Of a DNA stretch of 64,000 bases, positions 24,401 through 36,400 are shown piece by piece. The notes beneath the pieces were generated by a model, which was given only the letters and a program-made list of their open reading frames with translations, had not been told where the DNA came from and did not search any database. Location of the stretch: assembly GCA_013239625.1 (NCBI GenBank), contig MU053216.1, forward strand, positions 1,576,943 through 1,640,942. Direction: 5' to 3'. The translations under genes were made by a program, and so were the position numbers. The DNA comes from Lama guanicoe (lineage: Eukaryota). How positions within the stretch are numbered: the stretch's first letter is position 1; each line of letters starts with the position of its first letter.

Positions 24401-27400
24401 AACAACTCTACCAAAAAATGGGCAGAAAACTTAAATAGACATTTCTCCAAAGAAGACTTCCAGATGGCCAATAAGCACACGAAGAGATGCTCAACATGGC
24501 TACTTACCAGAGAAACGCAAGTCACAACTGCAGTGAGGTGTCACCTCACACCAGTCAGAACGGCCCTCATTAAAAAGTCTACAAACAATAAATGCTGGCG
24601 AGGGTGTGGAGAAAAGGGAGCCCTCCTACACTGTTGGTGGGACTGTAGATTGGTGCAGTCACTATGGAAAACAGTACGGAGATTCCTTCAAAGACTAAAA
24701 ATAGACTACCATGTGATCCAGCAATCCCACTCCTGGGCATATACCCAGAGGGAAATCTGATTCGAAAAGACACAAGCACCCCAATGTTCACAGCAACACT
24801 ACTTACAACAGCCAAGACGTGGAAACAACCTAAATGTCCAACGACAGACTGGATACAGAAGATGTGGTATATTTATACAATGGAATACTACTCAGCCATA
24901 AAAAGGAATGAAATCATGTCATTTACAGCAACATGGATGGACCTGGAGATTGTCATACTAAGTGAAGTAAGCCAGGCAGAGAAAGAAGAATACCATCTGA
25001 TATCACTTATATGTGGAATCTAAAATATAATTCAAATGAACTTATCTACAAAACAGAAAGAGGATCACAGACATAGAAAACAAATTTGTGGTTACCAAAG
25101 AGGAAAGAGGTGAAGGGATGAATTAGGAGTTCAGGATTTACAGATACATGCTAGCATATATAAAATAGATAAACAACAAAGTTCTACTGTACAGCACAGG
25201 GAATATCCTATAATAAACAGTAATGGAAAAGAATATGAAAAATATATATCTATAAACTGAATCACTGCTGTACAGCAGAAATGAACAACATTATAAGTCA
25301 ACTATACTTCAATTAAAAAATAAAAGCAATAATAGGTAAATTAGAATTAAATTCAAGCTCTGGCCCTTTTAAAAGATGAATATGTGATTTTAGGAATGGG
25401 AAATAGAATTTAAAGATAACAAAAACATTTAAAAATTATCTTACATATAAAATTTTATGCTACTAAGTTTGATAATTTTCTAGAAAGAAAAAATTTTCTA
25501 GAAAAAGGGAAATTATGAAAGTTAATTTAGTAGATGAACAACCAGGCAATAAATTGAAAAGTTTTGTCAGTGAACTAGCCTGAAAAAAAAAACTGGAAGA
25601 AAAAGATGCTGATCCCAGTCAGTTTCATAGGTAAGCACTTGCGAACCTCCGGAGAACAGGTAAATCCTGTTTGGTTAAGCTGCTCTAGAACACAGCAAAG
25701 AACAGAACGTGTCACGGTTATGATGCTTGAATAACTGGTCAAAATCAAAACAAAACCCACAAAAACTGGAAGGGTAGTTCAGAAGAGAATTCCAAAACCC
25801 TCCTGACATGAGCAGAGCTGTGGAAATCCCGAGGGAAACGTTTGAAAGCCAGACCTGCAGTTGTGCTGGGAGAACGCTTGCAGCACGAGTGCGCAGGGCT
25901 AGCTCCAGGGACGGAGGGTGTGGTCGCAGCAGAAAATACGAAAAGGCCGAGTGGAAGCACACCAGAGCCTACGGTGTCCACCTCTGCCTGCCGGGTTTGT
26001 GACGGGTTTACCTTTTTTTCCTTTGTGTTTGTCCGTATTAATGCTTTCCAGGTTTTCTACAACGAATGTGAATTGCTTGTGTAATGAGAACAACAGAAAA
26101 CTGCTGAGGTCATTTAATTCTTGCCTGACTTACGCGTTAGAACCTGGTAGATCAGTTGCCCTCATTTGTCACCTTACATTCTGCTCTCAACTGTTGGTTG
26201 CGATGTGCTTTACTTATTTTTACGTATAATTACACGTTTCTGAATCAAGCTCTATACAGTATTTTGCTAGAACTTTAATTGGTGGCTTTCAATATTTAGA
26301 TTAAAATATAAATTACTGTCAGGATCAGTAATACTCAACCAGGAAGTGATTGAATCTTAATGTTGTCAGATTACTCTTTTACTCCTCTCCTGAGGAGCCT
26401 ATTCTTTGCTTTTATTATGTCTTCTAAATCCCAGTTTTGTTACTTCTAAATTATCGAGTGAGCTCTGCTGTGCTTCTTAGACTCTTACGATTTCCCAGTG
26501 TCATGTGATTTTTAAGCTTTTATTAGGAATGTGGTTCTTTCAGTCTTATCAGATAACCTGTAACTTTGCTGATTTTATAAATGAGACGAAGTATTTAAAC
26601 TTTTTTCCTTGGTTGCTAAACATTTTAAACCCATAATTAATAGAAACTATGTGTTTTGTGTTTCTCAGAGTTACGGTAGTAACAGGAGTGAAGATGTCTT
26701 TTGTGACCCTGCAGACGAGTGGGAACCTGACATTACGGATGTACCAGTTTCTTCATTTTCTAGAAGGAGGTAAGGACACTCGGTTATTGGCTTTCTTGTT
26801 CTGGGTGAACATGTGTATCATTTCCTTTTTAAAGAACTGTCTGTTGTCATGATGGGTGTCTGTGAAGGGAGCCCCGCTGTGGCACGTTGCCGATCAAGGC
26901 ACAGCACTTAGGGCATCACCCTGAGAACAGGAGGCAAAACCCTCAGTGTGTGACCAGGTGAGTTTCAAGAGCAATTTACAATACCGTAAGTCTCATTTCC
27001 TATAGAAGTGAACAGTGTTTATTACTTTATTACTTTATTTATTACTTTATTAATTAATTAATTAATTTAAGTGTTTATTACTTTAAATTGCCCTCTCACA
27101 GAAACTTGGCATATTCTATGATACTGTGGTGTAAGTTGTATGGTTTTAAATGCCGTCGGGTTAGTGTGAGCACCACTGAACAAGACACCATGGCGATAGA
27201 GGACTTCTGCTTATTAAAATGTCACAGACTTCCACGGTGAATAGATGCTTTTCAAGTGAAAACTGGCTCTGCTTACAGCCCGCACACTTAGGTTACAAAG
27301 GGGCAGAGTGGTGTAACAGAAGGGCCTTCCTCTGATTTAGTGTTGCACCTTAGTTTGGTTTTTAAACAAATACTTCTTTTTAAATACTTCTTAGTTTGGT

Positions 27401-30400
27401 TTTTAAACAAGACCGCTGTCTGCCATGCCCAAGGGTACCAAGATGAACACAAAAGACTCCCTGTCCTTGGAGGCCAGGACTTGGGGAACGACAGGCCTGA
27501 GCCGTTGATGAAGCCCTGAGCTGAGGCCGGGCGGGAATGGAGGGGCCAGGTTTTGCCTGCACTCGGGAGGCAGAATCCACGGGATGTGGTGGCCAGTGTG
27601 GGGTTGATGGTGGCGCGGGCTCCAGGGTGAACTGTGGTCCCAGCATGGCCAAGCGGCTGGGGGAGCGTGGTGTTCCCTGAGCAGGGCGGTAGGAGGGGTT
27701 ATCTGTGGACGTGGTGAGCTTGGGGTCCCCAGGGGTCATCCCGGTGTATACTGGGGTCTGAAACTTTGAAGAAGGGCTTAGGGACTTTTCAGGATATCAA
27801 GGTCAATGGCATTTCGTCCAGCAGAAGCCTCATTGGCAGGAGCGTCTGCTGAGCACGTGTGAGCAGTGTCTCCTGCAGTACCTTCCACGGAACCCCTGGC
27901 CCACCCCCACCTCACGGATTGGGTAGTGAGGGTGTCAAGGGGCTCAGGGACTTGTCCAGAGCCATGTGGCTCATCAGAGGGACCTCGCATCCAGGTCTGG
28001 GGACTCCAGAGGTCCTGGTTTCTCGACTGCTGTGTGTGCTGTCTCTGGCACACGGAAGAACAGCATTTTCTGGTGACACTTTTTTTTAACTTCGTTGCCT
28101 TCAGCTGCAGGTCAGAATCCATTTGGGTTTCTAAACCTTTTTAGTTCTTTCTTGTTTTTGACCAGGCTTATTGTAAACTCGTTTATATGAAATTTCCTCA
28201 AAGGTGGAACGACTTGAGGGCGACCTTTTCCCTGTTACTTTTGCTTTGTTTACTGCATCCTGACTGCTGAGCAGAGTAACAAATAGTCAAGACCGAACAA
28301 GCTATACATTTATGTGCTATACACGTAACAGCCAAGCATTTCAGGGTGGAAGAGATACAGAGCGTGCTCTTTACGCGGGTTCTGGCCTCCTTGAGTGCGC
28401 CCCTGCGGGGTGGTGCTGTGACAAGTCCCAGGCTCCTACAGAGCCCTGAGAGCTCATCCGTGCCCTGCGTGGCTGGGCCCGGATGTGGCGTCTCGAGGCT
28501 TCAGTTTTCTCATCTGAAATCAGGAGGCGGGACGAGGTCATCTGTGAGGCCCCGTGTCCTGGGAGCCCAGGGTCTGTAATGTGGGACTGGTGGTGGTGAT
28601 GCTGTGAGGACACCTCCAGCCTTGTAGGGCTGTTCAGTAAGTGGCAGCTCATACTGTTGGGAGCCTAAGATGCACTGAATTACGTGAAATCTTGGAAAAC
28701 AGAGAGGCTATGATTTCTGATCCAACACCAATAAACCGTGATACCTGCAGGTGATTTGTCGTGAGTTGGGCTCTGGCACTAAAATGAGCTAAATGGTCCT
28801 TGAGTAGAATTGGGTGGGTGGGCTTATACTGAAGCCAGTGAGGTGAGCCTCCCCAGAATTCAAATCGGACCTACAAATTCATTGGAGTGTGATTTATAAA
28901 TTCCTTTCGATTTAAAAATGACTAGTTTCTTACTATTTTATTATGAACTTTACGTGGTAAGAATTGTGGATCAAACATGAGTGTTGATAACATGAAAGTT
29001 AGTGACTGACAGCTTGTATGTGCTGACTTTGAGGATAATGATTAAGGAATCAACAGATGTTTAACTTGCTACTGAAAAATCAAAGCTTAACATTTCCTAA
29101 GATTTTGAAATCAGGCATTTTAATTTGGCAGAGATATTTTTGACAACTTCCGTAATTTAAAAGTATCATTTTTTAAAAAGCTTGACTTGCTCTTGGTCGA
29201 AGCCTTGCGTGTGAAGGCTCAGCCTCAGAGGAGTGCCTGTGATGGGAGGTGGGTGCGGAGCCACTGCAGGGCTGGGCGGGGAGCAGGGAACAGGGAGCTG
29301 CTGTGGGGCCAGAATGTGGGGCTGCGGGCGGTTTGGCAGCCTGTGCATTTTGATACGCGCTGTTGACAGTCTGAAGTAAAATTTCCCCCGATACTAAGTA
29401 AGAATTCTTTGAGAGGAAGGTGACCGGTGTATTTTTATTTGCGTTTGAACACTGTTTGACTACAGTTGAAAGGGTGCGTTTTCCTGGTCCACGCGTGCTG
29501 TGACGACGCACCCGTCCCTGCCACTGCTGAGTAAGAGCTGTGGCCTGTGAGAGCTGATGTTTTCCACTCCTGTTACCAGTCGCATCTCTGCTTGTCCTGC
29601 AGGAATTCATGGGGAAATTTTACATTTGAAACATTTAGGCGACTACAGATAGAAAGCTTTTGTTTAACAATCTTTTCAACAAAGAGTTTTTTTTGGGTGG
29701 CTGGGGGTTCTGGACTTGGAACCGAGTCACAGCTTGGAAGTCTCTCTGACACACGGGGCTGGACCTGGAGTCGAGACAGTCGAGCACGGATGGTGACGGG
29801 GAAGCGGGCGGGTTCTTCCAGCAGCAGGAGGAGCAACGGCAGAGGCTGGTCACCCTCGAAGGTAGGGGGCTGAGTGTTTCACCCTCGAGCTGAGGGCAGG
29901 CGGCAGAAAGGATCTGAAGGTGAGGTCTTCTGTCCTCTCGAGCCACTGCTGCACCTCCCAGCACCACCTCTGCGCGCCGCGCAACTAGTGCCTGGACCCA
30001 GCCGGCCCCATCTGACACCCTGCCCGGCGCGGGGTGCCCAGGCCAAGCCCACGCTGCCTTCACTGGCACCCAGGGTCGTCTGGCCCGCACGCCCAGCCTC
30101 GGGCCCGCTCCTCCTCCCGGACGGTCCCTGCGTGTGCCATCCTTCCTTCCATCACCAGGTCTCCCCACATCCTGTGCCCGTTTCTGAATCGCTGCCTCCC
30201 CGTTATGGCTGACTGTCCTCATCCCCCAGCACCCTTTCTCCGGGAGGCTCTTCTGGCCCCCGGGCACTCGCTTGTGGAGCACAGTGCTTTCTCGTCGTCA
30301 TTTGCCCAATTTCTCTCTTTTCCTGTGGACCTTATGCCGGTGAGCCTGGAACCCACGTCTGCTGTGTTTACTCCGCCCAGTGTCCAGAGCCTTTGAAGAA

Positions 30401-33400
30401 CAGGACCGCTGACCCTTGAACAACTCGGGTTTGAACTGCGGGTCCTTGTCAGGCGTAAATGCTGCAGGGTGACTGGACTGGGGGTTGGACCTGCGGGCGC
30501 AGAGGAGCCTGGTAGCAGACGGCTGGCTCCGTGAGACAGATTTCCGTGCTGAGGGTCAGTGCCCCAAGCCCTGTGGTGTTCAGGGCCAGCTGTGCTCTGT
30601 GAATGTGTATCCGACTCCCCTGGTTAACTGTAGGCTTAGAGTAACACCTGTAAGGGGTAAGATTCTTACTCAGTGAAGCAAATTGATTTAGCGCTGGAGG
30701 ACAGAGTTTCCCTGGAAACACACGCGTGGGCATCCGTGTTCTTTAGAGAACGTGAAGCACACGTCCCGAGCGCCGTCCCACCTGGCGGGTGACCGCTCTC
30801 ACGGCTTCTCTTCCAGGAGCAGGAGTCTGATGAAGAACAGAAGGGTTTCCGGCTGTCTGCTCGACATCGCGGCCTGCTCAGCCCAGGACGCCCGTCCATC
30901 ACGCTCGTCAGGTACCTTCTCACCCTGTTTTGTTGGGCCCTGAGAGAAGCATCCAGCCCTGTCTCTGCCACGGCCTCGTTTCACGTCCTTGTGCAAGTAA
31001 CTTCGTCTCCTGGAGGCGCTGGTTGTCCGCGGGAGGGGGAAGCGGGGCAGGACGGGAGGGAAGACTTCCTTTTCACAGCGTACCCTTTGTTTTCTCCTGA
31101 ATTTTACATAGTATGCAGGTGTCATTCATTACAGTTACTTTAATAATGAAGTTTAAAAGAAAAATAAGGCACTGTTCCACTGAGTAACTATTTTATGCCA
31201 ATATTGACTATAATGTTAATTTTCATGAGAAGAGGGGGTGCACTGTGAGTCTGCGCGTGTAAGCACCTCTAGTAGTCAACGTCACCACCCGGTGACAGTG
31301 ACTACCGCACAGCAACAGAAAAGAGCCAGCTGCCGATCCAGCCCAGGTGCGTCCCAGAAACACTATGCTGAGTGAAGCAACTAGATGATGAGGAGCGTGT
31401 AGAGGGTGAATGTGCCCGCAGGAAGTTCAAGGACAGCCAAAACGCAGAAGCCAGAGCAGTTCAGAAAAGCACGGCTGGTCAGGCGGGAGCCTGCTGGAGG
31501 GGCGGGGGTCACGCGGCATGCGCGTCTGTTGGGGGAGCCCTGCGCCAGAGGTCTGCACACGTCGCAGAACGTCGCCCGCGCCTTAGTGAACAGGGCTGCA
31601 CAGTCGCCACCAAGCAGTCTGCTTGGTCAAGGCACGTGCGATACGAGTGGCCGCGAAAGAAACTGCGTCTCGTCTTGACTTTAAAATAAAGGCACTAGGG
31701 TTTCGTTTTTTTAATCATCAAAGTATCTTTTAGGAGGATCACTGTTATCCTGTTACTCGTTTAAGGTAAAACAAAATATGCTATAGGCTTCTTGTTCACC
31801 AGCAAAATCAAAGGCGGCGTGTCTGTGGGAGCAGCTTCCTTTTTCAGTGTTGTCTGAGAGCAAGGTGCTTTATGAAGGCACCTTTTCCAGACGACTCAAC
31901 CCGTCTCCTCAAGGCTCATTTTTAAGGGCCCTTTAAAAAAGTCATGCTACTGAGGGGAAGTCGGAAATAGAAGAGGCCTTTGCTGGCTTGTGGGTCCCTG
32001 CAGAGGGAGCCGGAACCCCATCCTCCTGCTGCGGGTGTTCAGTGGGCGCCTCCTGGGCAGCCGTGAGGTCGGGGAAGGGAGGCGGGGGGTGTGCTGGGGG
32101 CACCCCAGCTTTGGAGAGTTGACCACGTGTCTGAACAGCTCACCTTTGGGGCCCTATTTTGAAGCTGAGTTTCTGCACCTCTTTCTGCAGTGGGGGTGCT
32201 GGATTTCAGGGTGCGTCAGCACAGCTGTCTCGTCAAACAGACGCTGAAAGCTGCCTGTCCACAGTGACGAGAGGACAGTCATTGCCATCGTGGTGCTGCT
32301 GCGTCCCCGGCAGCAACAGGGCTTGGTGCCCGGCAGCCTTTCTTCCTTCTCTGCCCAGATCAAGCTCTCACCATGGCTCTGGACTCCTCCTCGTCCCCAC
32401 CCTGTGCCTCCATTTTCCGTCCTTCTCAGTCTGTTGCTCCTTGTGCGCCCCTGTAGTCGCCTCGCGCAGTGAGTGAGCCCGTGCTCCCGTGGCAGCGTTC
32501 TGGGACGAAGCCGCCTCCAGAGGCCGCAGGCGAGCTTTTCCAGCTCTTCCACTTGCCTCTGGTTTGGACAGAGCTTAGAAAATCGTGCTGGAGGTCTGCC
32601 TCCCCAAGATATGGCGGGTTGGCTGTGGAGGGCCCTTGGCTGCAGCCTGGCTGGCTGTGGTGTCCCTGGAGTAGGGCCTGGGGCCGAGAGGCGCCTCCGG
32701 GACGGCCCTGTCATCATGCTCTGCGCTGTCCCTGCCCTTGTGCCCAGCTTGTGGGTTGATTTCATTTATTTCACTTGTATGTATTGTGTTTCTGTTCTTT
32801 CATGCTCCTGCCATGGGTTTCACAGCTCGCAGTTCCTTAGGTGTCACCAGAGAGTGAGTGAAGAAGATTAAGCCAGTGGTTACGTGGGACATTTGGATTC
32901 CCCGTTATCTGTATCCACAGCTACCAAGCTAGGGACGGACGCTGGTAGGGGGCTGCCTCCTCCGTGGGACTGTGTCTTCCCTCCGGCGTGCAGAGGCGCA
33001 GCCCGCTGTGGGCCCACTGGCCCGTGTTTCCAAATCACTCGTGCTAACGCCTCTGTTTGAAAGTGTTGTCCCTGGAAACGAGGCTTAAGGTGGCTGTCTT
33101 CTGTCGACACAGGCTTAGCGGGGAAATCGAGCACCGTTTACCCTGGTTCTGCAGAATCGCCTCTTCCCGGAGTTTGCAGAGAGTTGATTGGTTCATCGTT
33201 AGAGCTTCTGGGCCACAGTTACGATGAAGAAAACACCGTGGCAGACAGCCTGATCAGTAACCTCCTGAGAATCTGCGAGGGCATCCTTGCCATTTCCAAA
33301 GCTCACGAGGAACAGGATGAGGACAGTCAGTGTGACGGTGAGCAGCCTGCGCCCGCACGCCCCCTCCGGGAAAGGCCGCGCCCCGCCCTGGGCGGCTGCC

Positions 33401-36400
33401 GGCCTCGTCTGAGTGTGTCACGTGTTCTCATGGCGAGCGTGTTGAGCTCTCTTATCTGGAGCTTATTTCTTGGAATAACTCTCCTTCTTCTTTCAAAGTG
33501 TTCTCCGACGGGGCCACCCAGTCGCTCACCGTCCGGGTGGCGAGCGCTTTTGAGCAGCTGGTGGTGCTGACGAGGCTCTGGCTGAGGGGTGAGCTCCCTG
33601 GAGGCAGCTCCGCGGCTCTGCCGGATGAGCTGAGGCAAGAGGTGGAAAGACTAGGAGGCTGCTTACAGTTATTTCTGCAGGTAAAGTGACTTGCTGAGCA
33701 TCTCTAGAAGAATTTGTTGGCTCAGGAAGTATTTATTAACTGTCTCCTGTTCGCGTCTTGCCCCGAACTAGACCAGCGCCCCGGGCGCGGGCAGCCCTAG
33801 TGACGCACGCGGTAGCTCCTGTAGCCCCCAGCCCAGCCGGCGGCCGGCGCTGGTATCCACGCCCTCAGGGAGGACACTGAGCGCCCGGCCAGGGTCGCAC
33901 GGCTAGTGAGGCAGGTTTGGCCGAGCCCCAGGGCGTGCCACCCGAGCCCCAGCAGGGCTGCCGGCAGGACGGGGAGCCCTGCCCTGCGTGTGGGTTGGGT
34001 TCCGCTGGTGCTGAAGGGGTGCCAGCCTGCAGACCCAGGCAAGGAAAGGGGCTTTGTTGTCGTCCCTCCCTCCTGTCAGGTAAGATGAGGTCGGGCAGCC
34101 GGGACGTCAGACCACAGCTCACATCTCAGCAGAGTCTGGAGTCGGCTGGGTGGTCGTGCTTCCCCGAGTCCTCGGGGCCCAGGCTCCTCCTGTCCCTGCG
34201 CTGTGCCTGGAGTGTGGCTCGGCTCCGTGGGAGCTCAGGTCACACGGTGGCAGACGCAGTGGCCAAGGGCAGCCCTTGGGCCGCCGGGGCCTCTTAAGGG
34301 AGGTGCCTGAAGTTGCCGTTGACATTTCCACTTACACGTCTCAGCCAGAACCTCCGCGCAGCCCCACCAAGCGGCAGGCTCGCTGGGAAGGTGGTCTCTA
34401 TTCTGGGCAGTGTGCGCCGGGGCACCAGTGAAAGACGGCCACTGTGGAGGGAGGGGCGGACCCCGGGGGCCTGGTCGTCTGCTGTGGCCCAGGCTCCCCT
34501 GAGAGAACGCCTGTGTGCGGGAGACCCGACGCCAAAGCCAAAGGGGGTCGGGCTCACCTTTAAAAACGAACAGTCAGGCCTCCTAGCACAAGGTTCCAGA
34601 ACACCTGGGCGGGCCTTCTCGGGCCCACCACGAGCCCTCCCCGGGCTGGGCCTGCAGCGGAGCTCAGTCATACCAGCCGCTTCTTTCGAGGGGGCAGGGC
34701 TCTGGTGTCGCCTGGCAGACGGGACAAGTGGGGACGTGCCCCGTTGCTCTGGGGCACCCGAGACCTTCAGTTTGCATGTTTCAGGCACCCCTCCCCACTT
34801 TTTCCTGGTAACAGAGCGTCTTTGTTCCCCGTCCTCCAGACTGGGCAGACCCGGGGGGGCCCAGGAAGGAGCTCGGGCCACCCTTCTCCCACTGAGCGCC
34901 GGGCAGGCCCGTCTCCGTCAGGTCACCGCCTTCTTGCCTCCCAACTCCTGTGTGTGGAAGGTCTTGGGGGCCTGTATCTGAGTCATTTTTGCCGTGGCTG
35001 TCGTGTTGCACGTTTCCTGGTTCTGCCCAGACTTGGGTGACGCGCAGTCGCTGTCGCTGAAGCAGGCTCCGTGTTCCCCAGGTGGGTCTCGTCTGTGCCC
35101 GCCCTCGTGACCGCGTGCATCCGGTACCCTGGTCCTTCTGTCCTGCAGGGCTGCTCCTCAGACATTTCGTCAATGGTGAAGGAGGCTCAGAAGCAAGTGA
35201 CGCAGACTGTGCTCCGAGCTGTGAAGTGCGTGGGCCAGTTGGCAGCCCTCAGAGGGACCGAGCTGCACCCTCCAGAGAACAGCGACAGGAGGGCGGCTGG
35301 GGGCCAGGTAGCCAGCCAGGCCGGGCCGCTGTGAAAACTTCATCCGATAACGGTGTCACTAAACAGGATAAGTTTTCATTTTCCAAAATGGCACATGCTT
35401 TTACTAGTTCTGCAGGAAGATCCACAGCTGTTACAGGCTAAGTGGGCTGAGCGTGCCCGATGGTCTGGGTCCTCTCCGCACCTTCGGGGTCTTTGACTTG
35501 ATGGTACCGTGTACTCTGAGGGTTTGCTCAGCCGACCGACACGGGAGGAATGAAATCACATTCTCATGTAATTCTAGAGAATGTGTGTTTGCTTGCTTTA
35601 ACTGTTCATGCTGCTGCAAACATAGTGTGATATTAAACGTGACCGTGTTCCAGCGGCAGCAGCACCCTGTGGTGAGAAACATTCCTTCCAGCATGTTATC
35701 TGTGGGACGCAAAATCAGAGGCTTGCTGACTTTTTCCCTTTATAGACTGTTAGTTCTCTTACTCCAGCATTAGTTGAATTAATAAACTTGGAATGTATTA
35801 CAGTCCTAAAATAAGCAGAAAATATAACTTAATTATTTGATAATTTTTTAAAAATATAAAACTTGAATTTGCCAGTTAACACTTGGAACGTTTCTCTAGG
35901 ATGATTTCATGGACGCCCTCTGTGATGGCGTAGGCTCGGGGCTGGAGCATCTGCTGGATTCTGGACTAGAAAAAGCAGAAGAGTTAGCGCGTGAACTCCT
36001 GCGGCAGGACACCCCCAGCGAGGTGAGAGGGACAAGAGAGGGCTGTGCTCAGCACCGGAGGTGTCTAAGGTTGACTTAAAAATAATTTAACTCAGCGAAT
36101 GAGGTTTCTATAAATTTATCTAGTTTAGTTTGTGTTGAATTATTTTTTATTGATAAGGCCAATGACATTTCCCGGTTACACCTGAGCGCTGCGGCCTCTC
36201 CGGGCAGTGCTTTGCTGGACCTGCCATGGCTGGTGTCAGCGGGGATCCAGGAGGACAGAGTGTGTCAGTGACGCCTCGTGTCCACCTTCTGCTTGTGTTT
36301 TTCCTCCTGGTCTTTGTCCACATGAGAGTGGAAACGACCATTCGTTGATCCAAGGGGCTGTTGAACAAGGGGTGTTCACATCAGTTGTTCCCTGTCAAGA

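Noticed and set aside
24464..25023. ORFs that look protein-coding
   Set aside because: Frameshifted L1 ORF2 C-terminal fragments, not host genes.
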